From the NCBI RefSeq assembly GCF_963921235.1, contig NC_086097.1, forward strand, positions 164,550,001 to 164,614,000: a stretch of DNA of 64,000 nt, written 5' to 3'. The stretch is from Mobula hypostoma. Lineage: Eukaryota. The notes below the pieces were generated by a model. The model was not told the DNA's origin. It saw only the letters and a list, made by a program, of their open reading frames with translations, and ran no database searches. Numbering within the stretch: the stretch's first letter is position 1; the number at the start of each line of letters is the position of its first letter. Shown here piece after piece: positions 35,906 to 50,378 of the stretch. A program made the translations under genes and the position numbers.

Positions 35906-38626
35906 GTCCTATGCCCTACTCATCCATGGAGACCAAGGTGCTCTTTGGGATTTTGTTGGGGATATTAATATTTTTGGATAATTTCTTTTCCTCTCTTCTG
36001 CCTCTTTAAAAAAAATCCATTCCCCAAGTCTTTAATTTTCATCCATTATTTCCTTTTTCTGGTTGATACACTATTACTTGCCCAATTCACAGATGCCCAA
36101 CTTTCTTTGCTGCAGTATTATAGGTTCACACTATGATTAACGTATGAAAATGCGGGGTTGATTATCAAGAGCAGGCACCCTGTAACAGCAAAATTCAGCA
36201 CAGTAAGCGAAAGTCAGTCAGGAGTATCTGAATGATGTTCATTGCTGACAACAAAATGGCAGATTGCTACAAGTCATTTAATGTTTCTCATTGGCCAGCT
36301 GGGGCCATGGCAATATCACACTCACAGCGCCATATCATGAGCACCCAACTATGCATTCCTTGTTTACATTGGTGGACAATGCACTGTGCCTCAAGTCCTT
36401 TCAAATTATTCTAATAGTATTCTAGACAGATGACTGATCCCTACACAAAGCTGTTGTAACAAAAGCTTATTCATATACCACTAGGATTATTTACATACTC
36501 TTTGTTGTAGACGTGGAAGGAAGTATGACTCCTTATTTTTATGGTGGAATCTTAAATTGACAATTTGAATAAAATCAAAGTAAATTAGGCATTGTAGAGA
36601 CAGGTTGAGTTCATAATTAGTATTGCAGTATTTAAACTGTTTGTTGAATTGTATGTTCTTTATACAGAATTAAAATCAGACTTTAATTCTTGTTTGATTG
36701 CAGTACTGTTAAGTAGTTTTATACTAAGTCTTAAATGTAACTTATTCAAATGGATTTTTAAAAATCGTTCATAAAGAAACTTTTCAGTTGGCAGTGGATG
36801 GATTCCAAATTTTGTTGGAATGACTCCAGGGTTAGTGTGTTCATTACAGTGCTCTACTGGGAACACATTGTGTGCATGTGTTCTCTACATGTGGTCAGTA
36901 TCTATTTATGCATAGTGAATATGTACCAAAGTTGCTGTACTCTGTATGGAACTCCAGAGACATTGAGATGGCAGATGCAGGCAAATTGAACCAATTGCAT
37001 GGAGTATGGATTTTATTCACAATATGATATAAAAAGCACATTACATGGTATGTTTGCATTGAACAATCACTTAGCTGCTTGAAATTTGTGTGGCATTTAG
37101 AGACTAGACTGCCAGCACCATTACACTTTACAAATACCACAGATGCTGGAAATCTGAGATAAAAATGGGAATGCTGGAAAAACTGAACAGGTCAGGCAGC
37201 ATCTGTGGAACAAGAGACAGTTAATATTTTGGGTCTGATGAAGAGTCTTTGACCTGAAATGTTAACCATTCCAAGTTGTATCATGACAATACAATAAACC
37301 ATTGGAAAAATAGAAATTTGAGACAATAAAGTATCTGACCTTGAACGTGTTTTCAGGATTTATATTTTTATTTCAGATTTCCAACATGTGTAGCATTTTG
37401 CTTTCTAAGTCATTAAGGTGATAAATATAATACTGTGTTATTTGTCACTAATATTACTTGCATTGTGAATGATTGACCTATAGACTGCATCATTTCATCT
37501 AATTTTTTCCACATTTTACCTGGAAACATCATTTGCGCATTCTGTTATTAGATTATTAATAAAACAAGTTGTATAACAGTTGAGTGATGGATCTATACAT
37601 TAGCCCAGATTGGCCTGATGTGCAGTGGTAACAGAATGACCATCACCATGACCCTTTCACTGACATGGGTCTGCTATGCAGTCAGTTTACAGGCGATCAT
37701 TTGACAATATGGTGCCAGGGTGTTTGTGGCTTCCACTTATTGAGATTCTTCAAAGGTTTATTTTACTAATCTGATGGTCTTCTATTTTTGCACTAGGGTA
37801 TCGTGGTAAGTGTAGAGATTGGATTTTACATAAGCAAGATATTTGATGTTTGTGGCATTGACATACAGGAGCAAGTTGCTGTGGTCATAGTTAACACTCA
37901 AAATCTCTACACTGTCCGTGGACAAATATTTGATTTAGTTTACAAACTGGCACCTATTTTTGGAGAAATAGTGTCAATTGTTTGCTAATTTTGCACTTGA
38001 ACAATATATCTTGCAATGTGCTTAATAATTTGTCAATTTTTTTGCCTGCTAAATTGCTTATGTAGGATTGAGGTTACTTTTGTTATATTAATAGGTACTT
38101 TTACATAGGATTTGATACTTTCAAATTGCTCACTTAGAATGGGGCTTACAAGTGACTAGACTAAAGGCAATTCATTGGCAGTCAGTTTGCATACTGGAAG
38201 CTCCATCAAATAATAATCCTATTATGAACAATTATTTTTTTGTTTAGATAGAGAAGTGTTATCCAAGAACACTAGTGTTAAGACCCTATTTCAAAATAAT
38301 TACACAGAATTTTTTGCACCCTACCCCTATCTAGAACCTCAGTTTAATGTTCATCTGAGTCACCTTAAGCAGCTGCTTAGTCCATTAGTACATCATTACA
38401 GTGCCAGTATTGACCTCGTTATCAAGACTGGACTGGAACTTGAACTCACAGTACTCTGCGTCAGAATTTTCAGTCTTACCAAATGTACCACAGTAGACTT
38501 GTATTCAATATCCCTATACTCAAACTCTCTGTTGATGGAAATATTTTGAGAGACCTGGAGTGCCCCAACCCAGAAATTGAAATGGTTTTGGTTTTATGCT
38601 TCATTCTTTCATGCTGCAAATACATA

Positions 38627-39862
38627 CAATGGATTTTATTTAATTTTTACACATCGGGACCAGTATGTTTTGGCCTAATTAAGCACTGCTCCAATTAGAC
38701 AAAGTTTCATGGAATAGTTAAAAGCTATTAGAAAAAGACAACCACTTTTTAACTAAGTTAAAAATTATGTATGTAAATGAAATACAGAACAAAGCGGAAC
38801 ACTACCAATAGTCCTACAGTATTATAAAACTCTATTAGTTTGTACATGGTTACTGATAGAGAAATCCATTGAGTGTAGTCGATTAGTAAACTATCCATTC
38901 TTGGCCCTTTAAATCTTGGAGGTTTAATGATTTTTCCAATAATTAACCAACAATTAATTTTTATCAGATCCTGACATATTTGAACACCACAACATAGCAA
39001 TGCGATCCATTACTTTCATTAAACCTAATAGTTTTGTGTGTTTGTAGCAAAGGGAACCATTTGGAATGGCACAAAAAACACATGCCTGTATCATCAGCAT
39101 TGTAGATATCATCTGCACAAAATTTTTAAAGCAAGTGGGGGAGTTTTGTAGTTATCCATGTTTCTGCACTTACAGCATCAGCACTACCTTTTTCACCATG
39201 TGCTTTCTTGAATTGAATGTGTTGATTAAATCTTTGTGAGCTAAGTTCTTAGCTAACTCCTTTGACTTGTTGTTATTTAACGTTGGTCCACTGCCACGCA
39301 CACCTTGTCTATTTACAATGGAAAACCATTGGTTGAAGGTCACTTCAATATCTAGATCCTTAGCTTCCTGCTTTAGTTTTTGGGATATTCCCTGTTGTCA
39401 CTCAAGTAATGCCCATTCATCTTACATTTTATCTTGCTGATGTATCAAGCTTGCAGTTGTAGATTTCGGCACTCCAGTTATCTCTGCCAGCTGACAATGA
39501 GTGGGGTTAGGCGGATGACTTTTAATTTAGTCCAGTAAGGTAATTTTTTTGGCTGTTGTCAAATCTTTTTGTGGCAAGGATCTCAAAAGAAATTTTTTTT
39601 GTTGGAAAAAAGGCTAAAATTCTCAAGAATCCCTGCTTTTTGAATTGCCCCAAATGCATAGCGTAATGCAAGCATGCACAACTGACTCTAAGCACTGTGC
39701 AGTATCTACCGGGCACACAAGTGCATGTGACTGAATGTTTCCTGCCTCAGCTAAGCAAAGTCAGTCCTAGCTATTTTCTTAATTTGTTTTTATTCCTTAT
39801 GAGTTGTCCCAAATAAGTGTCCATCTGGATTAATCGATGATGCAATTAAATGGAATTCACTG
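38627..39862 (-). mobile_element. Tigger/pogo-like DNA transposon with decayed transposase N-terminus (~39050-39580)
   Basis: Manual minus-strand translation with stops/frameshifts: KDLT..KITLLD*IKS...QLAEITGVPKST (HTH), FNQWF, FKKAHGEKGSAD, DDIYNADDTG (pogo DIYNADETG motif). Degenerate TIRs TA|CAATGGATT...AATTCACTG. Confidence 0.75.
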
Positions 39863-40488
39863 AATTTTGTACATTTCATCAGGACAGTGCAAGTCACTAA
39901 TGTACATTCCCTGTGGAAATGTGTGAATAACTTTCCTATAGCCAGAAATTGATACAGTCCAGAAAGTGGTTGTTTGGCTTGCTGTGCCTTTTCTGCCCTT
40001 TTGCCTTTTCTTCATGGTTATGTATATTTTTTTTCCTCTCATGACACTATCTTGATTTACTTGTGTATGGAGTGATCGATCTGGATGGCATGCAAACAAA
40101 ATCTCTTCACTCTGTTTTGGTAGACGTGACAATAATAAACCAACCACATTATTCTCATTCAGATATTTATCAGATGCTCACTGGAAGTTGCACTGAAATC
40201 AGCTTCCAACATCTCAGCCTCTGCATTCCATAGAAAATGCCATTAACATTTTGGATGTTGATCTATGTGTGAAACATTATTTGGTGCCTTCTCCATATCA
40301 AATCTACAAACTATATTGGATTTCTCATCTGCTAATATAATTGCAACATCAAATAATTCATAAGGCATCATCCATTGTCTCTAACATCATGCTAGTTACA
40401 TCCAATAAGCCTTACATTCTGTAAGTGAACTCTGATTGCATCTTGAGAAATGCTGGCAATCCCTTTCCTCTCTGAAAGTTACAGAATA

Positions 40489-41302
40489 CATTGGATTCTG
40501 GTTAATTGGGACACATCGGGACCAGTAAATTTAGGCTCAGTTAAGTGGCTATTTCAGTTATTTGATGAAGTTTCATGGAAATAGTTAAGAACTTGAAAAA
40601 AGACTCATTTCCTTTTAACTGAGTAGCGAATTATCTATTGAAATGAAATACAGAAAAGTATCTGGGACACTACCTATTCTATAAAATCGTGTATTGGTTC
40701 CTAATAGTTATCGATGGAGGAATTCATTCATTGTATGCTGCTGTGTTCTTTTGATTAACTGTAAATGAACAAAATCAGTGCAGGCACTTAGTGTAGATAA
40801 TGGACTGCCTTCATACAATGCTTTCAGTGATTGCATTCTCCAGATCTTCATTCTCATTGTAACATTGAAGATGATTGTATCTTCAAATTCTTCACAGTGC
40901 TTAACTTGTTTGTGAAATCATTTCATTTTCATTCATGGTCGTTTCTGGCATCTCCAATCCCAAATGCTTGAAACTGCAGTGAGCAAAACAGTTCTGACTG
41001 TCTTACTGCTTATTTCTCACCAACTATCAGTGACACAAGTCACAGATTTTTTAACACAAATGCCTGTTTTAAAACTGTTCATTGTAACCATGGTGTCATG
41101 TCCAATGGCCATGGAAGTGTACGTGACTGACGCTAGTTAGAAACTGTTCGGCAGCAAGCCTCCTATCCCAATTAAGTGGCACAGTGCCCCAGGTAAACGA
41201 AAGTAGTCCTGGCTATTTTCTTAATGTTTTTGTACTTTAAGAGTTGTCCCAAATAAGCAGCTGCCCCAATTAACTGATGGCCCAATGAACTGGAATACAC
41301 TG
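40489..41302. mobile_element. Tigger/pogo-like non-autonomous element of the same family
   Basis: 22-bp TIRs CATTGGATTCTGGTTAATTGGG / CCCAATGAACTGGAATACACTG (17/22 complementary) with TA on both sides. Subterminal sequence (ACACATCGGGACCAGTA; GAGTTGTCCCAAATAAG) is shared with 38627-39862. Confidence 0.8.
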
Positions 41303-44300
41303 TATTTGGTCTGTAATTACTTGATTGAGGAAATGTGGCTAATGTCTATTCTGCTTTGTAACAGATGTGATTTATATGAAATGTATCTAGTTTTTGGAAG
41401 TGAGTTGGAAATGTTTGCAATTTCAATTGTCAAAAACCCTTAGGGATGTTGTGGTGTGTTGGTGATCAACGTGTTGGGTGATAGGGTGATGAAATGTGTC
41501 CTTGAATTCAAAATCCTCTAAGCTGTGGACCTGACATCTCAATCATTCTTTGATATTGAGGTTGAGTCCGAAGGGTAGAAAATTCAGCACTTTGTGGCTA
41601 AAACAGCATGGTGATTAAGTTACAAGAGTATTATCTGGAGGTTTTGGTTGTAAAACTTGCAGACATTAGTTTCAATCTCACCATTGTAGCTGGGAAATTT
41701 AAATAAAATAAATAAATCTTGAATAAAAAGATAGTTTAAATAAAGATAATCATGAAACTGTTGGATTGCTCTAAAAAGCTACTGGTTCATTAATCTTCTG
41801 GAGGGAAGGAAATTTGCCATCCTGAAACAATACTGGCTTATATGTTACTCCATACAATGTAGTTTGCTTTTAGCTGTGAAAGCAATAAGGTAAGACCTGT
41901 AAGTGTTAAAGTGCAGTAAGTGAATAGAAAAGGCCTATTGGAAGGAAGAGTTTTAATTTTTTCTTTGTTTAGAGATACAGCATGGTAACAGGCTCTTCTG
42001 GCCCGACAGGCCCAATTACACCTGTGTGATCAACTAATCCACTACCCCGTATTTCTTTGGTCTATGGGAGGAAACTGAAACACCCAGAGGAAACCCATGT
42101 GGTCACAGGGAGAATATACAAACTCCTTAAAGACTTGAACCCTGGTCGCTGGCACTGTAATAGCATTACACTAACAGCTATGCAACTGCACTGCTCCTAT
42201 AATTCTGTGTGAATCACACCTATATCATCTGTGCAACTCCCAGTGGGCATTCCTGGATAGTGTTACTACATTCCTATGGCTTCATGGCACCTGTACATGG
42301 GAAAGCCAGAAGACAATCCAAAAAATTATTTGGAATGCAGTACTCATAAACATTGTGTAGAATGCCTTTATAGATTTTCAGATCTATTGTGCCCTCTGGT
42401 CCTAGACTCACCCACTATAGGAAACATCCTTTCCATATCGAGCAGATGAGGCACACATTCCTTTCATTGTCTTCCTACAGATTATCCTGGGATTGCATTG
42501 AGCAAGTTCTCTTTGGATTTCCGTAAGGCAAGAATATCCTGTCTTGGTTAAGGAGACCAAAACTGTCTCAGTGCTCTACGTGTGATCACACCTACAGCCC
42601 ATGCAACTACAACAAGGATCTTTACTGTCGGCTCTAGGAACATTCATCTTCCTAATTGCTGGCTTTCCTTATGTGATAAGTGTTGAGCAAAATTACTTGG
42701 TGCAGAACAGCTGTTTCCTCAGCTAATCTTCTCCACTGTGAATCTAATGGTGACTCCAAACGTTCAGCCTGCTGCCACTGTGTGTCATTGAAAGGCTTTC
42801 ATGGCTCCCTTAAGCATCCACATTTTCTGAAAAGAGTGTGGTGTGATACAGAAGACAGCAAGAACTTTCGAATAGATTTGCAATACTGCTATTATACATT
42901 CTAATTTATTAATACTTCATGATATATGTAGCTAACATTTTTAAAACTGCTGGTGTGGTACTGGTCAGTGTGTTAAACAACTTAATTAGTTTGCCAAAGT
43001 GATTCTTGTGTATAAAAGGACGAGAATTTCCACAGATGGAGATAACTGCTTTGGACTGAAATTGTATGTGGTGTCAGGGACTAAAATTGAAAGGATATGT
43101 GCACATTCACTGTTGTTAGAAACAGCATGTGTGAATGAGATGCAAGAGTTTTGCTTTTTCTTGAGAATTGTTTGTTTACTGGATTAATTGAGCAGACTTG
43201 ACTTCAAGCTATAGTCTTAGTTGAGTGGCGTCAAGGACTATTGAGGACTTGTACACTTGCTGATGTTAGGAACAGCAGAAAGAGACTAGGGACTGTATTT
43301 ACTTGAATAGTGTAAACTGTTTGTTCTTGTTACTAATTGTATAATAAAACATATTTTTCTTGGACATGCTGATCGGAGCAGAGCCTTATTGATATTAAAC
43401 AATGTTTTACAAGAAGGACTATTGAGCAATTGGTGAGTCAGTTGGTATCAGTGGTCTGTGCATCATCTGCTTCTGTTACCTTCAAGGGGATGTCTCATGT
43501 CAGATAGTTTTGGTAATTGAGTGAAAACTTGGCTATCACATGAGCTGACTACAAAATGCAATATGTTTATTCACTAAGCTACTTCAACATGCTTCGCAAA
43601 CCCATGACCTTTAACTACCAGGAAGGATCATCGATACATAGAAATGACCCCAGTTGTAAATTCCTCTCCAAGTCACACACTAATTTGGAAGTATATTGCT
43701 CTTCCTTTGCTGTTACTGCAGTGTCCTCTCGATCGACGTTGTGAGAGTACCTTCATGAGAAGGCATGTTTTCATTTCAAGAGGTGATGAAGGTGCAAGAG
43801 CCATCTTTCTGAGGGCAGTATTGGATGAGCAATGAATGCCTGTATCCATACGTGAATGAGCCAAAGTGACCATATTCTGGTTTGGGTGGGATCTTGTAAA
43901 GAATACTATGCTTTGAGTCTGCACCAGAGACTCTGATTAATTGATGTTGGTGTGGGGTGTGTTTCTCTAGCTGGTTACTTTTATTCCTGAGAAAATAAGC
44001 AGCTTAGCTTCTTGGCTCCCTTAATGTGGCTAAAGAATGTTCATTTAGAGTCAAGAGTTTTTGTCCTTTCCTACACTGCCAAATTCTGATGTCTTCATTC
44101 AAAGACAATCCTTGAGCTAGCAAAAGTTAATGGGCTTGGTGCTGAAAAGTCAAAACTGTGTCTTCTATTCACCAGTTTTACTGGTGAGAAGGTTCAAATG
44201 AAGTACTTCACTAGATAACTTCTAAATAGGAGAGGCGTAGCTAGGATTAACTGCCTAACACATTATTCGTAGGGTGGCTATTGTAAATCAGTTGAACAGA

Positions 44301-46739
44301 CAAAAGGTATATGTTCATAGTTTATGAAGCAGAATTTCAGGAAGGAGCTTGATGTTGATTAGGATTGTAGGGGGATTGTTAAAGTTTACAAAGAAGAAAT
44401 AAGGATATTTCCTTATATAACACCTTTGACAGTTTCATTTGAATATCCTAAAGGTCTTTACTGCTCTTTATTGTAAAGCTAATTGTAACCTCATCTTACA
44501 GTCCTGCAAAAGGTGTCCCTTTAGCAAAGATCAAACGCAATAGAAACATAATGAAGGACAGTGATCCGAGTCTTTGCCTCACAGTATGAGCCATCCAACT
44601 TCAATCCTGACCCCAGGTGCTGTTGGTGTGTAGATTGCATATTCCCCCTGTGAATTTGCTCCAGTTCTCTGATTGCCTCCCACATAACAGTTGGGGTTAA
44701 TTGGCCACTATACATACTCACTGCCATGGAGGTGAGCAGTAGAATATGGGGGAGATGCTGGGCCACAGGGACTGATTCTGTGCAGTATGAAGTAGTGTGG
44801 AAAGTGATTGGCTTGTTGAAAGTGAGGTGTGGTTACCCATTATATGGGGCAAACAGAGATGGGATAAATTTTACAGTGGATCAAAGTATTAACAGAGGCA
44901 ACTATGTGACCAATAAATATCAGTAAATAGAAACAAGAACACATTCAACAGAATCAAAAACGGGGCATGTTAGAAGCACTAAACAGGTTACACATCATCA
45001 TTGGGGAGAGAAATAAAATTAACAAGGTTGTCATACTAACAATTATTTAACAAGTTAAAAGAACTGATTTTAAAATAATTATTGCCTTGACAGCTTTCGT
45101 TTATATCTTGCCACAGACCTTCTCTTTAAATTAATTTAAAAGTTCAAAAAGATCAAAGTACATTTATTATCAAAATATGTATAATATATGCAACCTTGAG
45201 ATTCGTCTCCTAACAGGCAGCCACAAGACAAAGAAACCCAACAGAACCCACTTTAAAAAAAGATGGTCAAACACCAAATATGCAGGGAAAAAACAAGTCA
45301 TGCAAACAATGAAAGTAAACAAATAAAAGTAAGCAAACATTCGGAACTGAAGTTCACAGAAGTGAGTCCACAGCCACAAATTCGGTCATCACTGCAGTCA
45401 ATCCAGGTGCCCATTACTTGCAGGCCAAAGCCTATGTTCAGCACAGAGACAATAAAACTCGTGCAGCACCAAGCTGAACACTGGCCTGTACCTCACATCT
45501 GGTCCCAACACCCTGACCTTTTCAATCTGACCCAGTGTTTAGATCTGCCAAACAGCAGATTGTTCTCCACTCAGGCCTTGGCCCCACTGCCGCCGCCTCG
45601 ATTCTGCTAGTAACCGTAATGCCACAACCATCCTGCACCTTTGAGACTTCAGTTCACACCACAAAAATGCCAGGTAATACATGCAGGTTTAAAAACTCAA
45701 GTCTGAAAGGGAAGTTACAGGCTATTGAATGCAGTGATTGTTTACCAGAAAGAGTGTAATTAATAAAGTAATTAATAGTTCTGTTTGCTGCCAGCAAGTT
45801 GTCACTGTACTTCACCAGCACCATCTTAATTCTATACTTTTCAAGTTATGATGGTGGAGCCTCAATCTGCTCACCAGCTGTCTCTCTTGCCCACTGAGTG
45901 TTTCCAGTATTGGTTTTGATTTCTCCATTCAGATGTTTGACTACGTTTGGATGTCATTAAAAGAACTTCCAAACAATAATGCTGACCGACTTGTCTCAAG
46001 TCAGTGGACACAGATTCATCACCATTTAATGCCCTCTGCACCTTCACCAAACATCCTCCTCCTCATCAGCACACACAAGATGCTGGAGGAACTCAGCAGG
46101 CCAGACAGCATCTATAGGAAAAAGGTACAGTTGATGTACTTTCAGGACCGCACTTTCTCATTCCTCTTTCCAATGCAGCTGTGGGAGATGCAACACCTCT
46201 TCCTTTCCCAGCTTCCAGGGACCCAGGCAAAGTAGGAATTCATTTGCATTTCATTCAAACTGGCCTACTGCATAGGCGATCGCTTTGTAGCACATCTCCA
46301 TTGGGAAGATCTTGAGCTTCCGTTCATCTGTCACTTGAATTCTCCATTCCATTTCTACTCTGATCTCTAGCCTTCTACAGTGCTCCAGTAAGTAAGTTTA
46401 AGGAACAGTGTTTCATCTTCTTCCTGAGTGTTTTGCTGCTGTAAGTCATGACATTGAATATAACAATTTCAGCCAACTTCCATTTTTTTAAATCTCCTGG
46501 ATAAGCATTAAATGTTGATTTTTCCAGCACTGCCCATGAGATAAGTAAAAGTTCAGGGAGATCATTTCCTGTGTCAGTACTGGCATTGAGGATTCTGTGA
46601 TGCTACCAACACACATCAGAAAACCTATGCATGCTGCCTATCACTTGCCTTCAAAACAGTTATAAATTTACATTATTTACTTGCAATGGGCGAGGCCCGT
46701 ATACTAGTGATTCTTTCTGAGAGATTCTCACATTCAAGT

Positions 46740-47370
46740 GACTTGGGAGTATAAGTGCATTGTTCATTGAAAACAGTGTCACAGATAGGGGTGGGAGGTG
46801 AAGAAGGTATTTAGTAAACTGGCCTTAGCAGGCACTTGTATAAGTCATTGGAGAGGCTGCACTTGGAGTACTATCCACAGTTTTGGTTTCTTTGTTATAG
46901 GAAGGATGTGATTAAATTGGAAAGAGTGCAAAATAGATTTATGACGATATTGCCAGGAATAGAGGGCCTGAGTTGTCAGGAGAGATTGGCAGGCTAGGTC
47001 TTTATTCCTCATAGGAGAATGAGGGGTAATGGGATAGAAATGTTTAACATTTTGGGGCGTATAGATAAGGTGGACAGTAATGGTCTTTTCCCCAGGATAG
47101 GGGAGTCCAGAATTAGGGGGCATAGGTTTATGTTGAGAGGGGAGAGATTTAAAAGGAAACTGAGGAGCAACTTTTTCACACGGAGTGGTGAGTACATGGA
47201 ATGAGAAGAGTGGTTGAGGCTGGTGTAATGGTGTCATTGGGTAGATACACTGAGGGGCAGGGCTTGGAGGGGTATGGGCTGAATGCAGGAAATTGGGACC
47301 AGCTGTGTGGGCACTGTGGTTGGCATGGGATTGTTGGGCCATAGGGCAGGCATCTGTGCTGTATGACTCT
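46740..47370 (+). mobile_element. Decayed CR1 3' fragment
   Basis: MRG...FNILGRIDKVDSNGLFPRIGESRIRGHRFMLRGERFK peptide. Similar fragments lie at ~28050-28390 and ~59515-59930. Confidence 0.8.
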
Positions 47371-48932
47371 GCAAATGATGTCCTTTGAGATGAATATATT
47401 GCAAGTTATTCTTTAACTGCCCATTGCACTGCCAGTGTTGAGGGCGGCAATGAAGGTCCTACTTGGTCTTGACAGTGATCAACGTTTCCTTCATCATGTC
47501 AGTAGCTTCCTGTCAGTTTCTACTGCTGTCAGCCATGCAAATCCATTTGGAGGCTCAGGAGTATTGTCACACACAGATGTTGAAGGATTCTTCATTGCTA
47601 TCTCCGCAACAGTTTTGTTTGACCAGTCAGAGTTGTTGGCCCTAAACTGAACCACCAAACCTGGAGGACCAGTGGACCATTCTTAATCTAGCCTCTACCC
47701 TTTGACCTGTTTGGCATGGGTGAAACTACCAAGGGTCAAAACGTAAAGCCCTGACTCCAAATAGCATTGCTCTCTAGGTCATTGAGGCACACAAGGGCTT
47801 GATTTCAAACAATAGTGAGTTTAGGGAGCTTCTAACAGAGTACTGGTAGATTTTCTCCATTGTGACCAACTTAACATTTTATCTGAGGCATTTTCATTTC
47901 ATGAAAGGACAGAATCTGGAGTTAAAGCTTCCTTAATTTATACTAATAGATAGTTTTAACACTCAATCCACAAATGAGGATAAAACAGTAAATTCTTTCT
48001 TATTTGAAACTTGCCTTTCATTCAGTTGAAACAGTAAGTTAAAATGCTGCAGGGAACTTCCGTAAAGAAGTCTGGAAAATCATCAGCAGTGTGCAAACAT
48101 AAATTTCTGATACAGTTTTGACCCAAAATGTTGTCAGATTAGGAATCTCCACTAGCATGAGGATGGCTGGTGTTTGAGATAGTTCTAGCACATTGATGAA
48201 GTGGTGGATGATCCTTGGAGGCTGATTTTAATGTTTAAATTGTTGGAACGGAATAAAGGGAGCTTAACTCTGCAGCTGCCTGTGCAGATGTTCTTTATAA
48301 AGAAGAAACTTCCATCATTTTCTCAGTGCTGAAAAGTCTGTCTTGTTAACAAGTATGGGATTCATACAAAGCAAAGCAGTACTGTTTTTGTAACTTATGC
48401 AAGTTCCCTACAGTATTAAGTTTTGTGAATTTGTACTTGGGAGCTATTTGTGATGAAAATTTAAAGAACTGCAGGTGCTACAAATCTTAAATAAAAAAAG
48501 GAAAATGCTGGAAGTACTCTGTAGGTCAGGCAGCATCTGTGGAAAGGGAAACAGGTTTAGAACTCCTCAGCCTGATAAGTTACCTATTTCCAGTATTTTC
48601 TAATTATACTTTTCGAGTATGCTTTCATTCATCTGGTTAGTGCCCCTTTTAGTCATGTGTGTCATGTCATTTGCTTCCGGTACTTAGGTACCGGTTGTCA
48701 GGAGATATTTGATGTTACTTCTCCATCCTCTCAGCTGGAATAGAGAGGAGAGAGTCCCGTCAGTCTGTGTACCAATCTTCCTTCCCTGCCCGCCCACCCC
48801 CATCCCATCCCACTGCATGGGGTTCATTGACTGTAATTGCACCTTCTTAGCTTGCATGTTGCTCTTTTATTTTTGGTTTTGTGCAAATTAATGGCAGGAT
48901 AGAAGAGTGCAGCACACGGTGTTATTAATTAG

Positions 48933-49217
<285 letters not shown>

Positions 49218-50342
49218 TGACTACCCATGAACAAAATCAATGTGTGTTCTATTAAGCTCGGGGCAACAAGCTGATCCACAAATTTACACAGAAAAAATAA
49301 CCACACAGATGCAAATCTTGTTTCTGTTGCCTCTATTCTTGTTGCTTAGCAAAACAGCATTGTATTTTTCTCTATGTCAGCCTACTGCACTAACAGAATC
49401 TTTCAATCTCTCTGTCCGTGATGAACAAACTGTCCCAATGTAGTCATCCCATTCATGCTCAGTTACGTACAGTATATATTCATTCATTCATTCCTTTGTG
49501 CATGTCCACTCATTCATGAGTCATTCATTGCCAACTTTACTCATGGGAAATGCCTCATTCACACACAGGAGAACTCTGTGAAATAGAGAGATTGGAAATA
49601 ACCATGTGTGGTAGGAAAGAAAGAACTATGTTTTAGGGTTAAGCTTCACCCTTCACAATTTCCATCTTTCACTGATCATAAATTTCCCAGCAAGGTGATT
49701 GCATTTATGCACTTGATTTTTTTCTCAGAAGTTACAGCACATTATGACCTCAATGTTGTTTTTCAAGGTGTAATTCAATTATTCCATTTAATTTCTGAGC
49801 AATGTATGCAATATGCATCCTGAAATTCTTGTTCTTTGCAGGCATCCGCGAAAACAGAAGAGTGCCCCACAGAAGCTGTGACAGTAAAAATGTTACACCT
49901 CAAAGCCCCCCTACTCACCCCTCCCTTGCTGAAACAGCAGGAAAGCAACGACCCTCCCCCGCCCCCACTTCCGCGCAAAAAAAAGCATCAGCACCCTCCA
50001 CCCAGCAGGCAAACAATAGCAAGGCTCCTAAGAAAGACTATGATCTGCAGTACAAGAAAAACTAATCGTTCACCCAAAATTCAACATGCCACAGGCTCTC
50101 TCTTTCTCTCTCCCCCCCTAATAAAAGGACAGAGAGCTGTCCCTTTTCACGGTGAGAGGGGAGAGATAACAGAACAACTCACTGATTTGCAGTGATAAAG
50201 TCTGTCACGTAGCTGTTTTTCCAAGTTCTCCAACTCAAGAATCGGCAACAAATTCTCCCCCAGCAACGAGAGAGAGGAAGTGTGCTCAACTTGCTGATTA
50301 CAGAACCTCCAACAACTGATCCACTATTCTCTTCTTTCAGTT

Positions 50343-50378
50343 AGTCCTGACGAAGGGTCCCGGCCCGAAACGTCGACT
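50343..50378 (+). ncRNA. Minimal type I hammerhead ribozyme motif (Penelope terminal repeat)
   Basis: Stem I AGTC/GACT. Core CTGACGA (50347-50353) plus an extra A. Stem II GGG-TCCCGG-CCC. GAAA at 50367-50370, palindromic ACGT in place of stem III, and predicted cleavage after GTC (50374). Confidence 0.8.
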
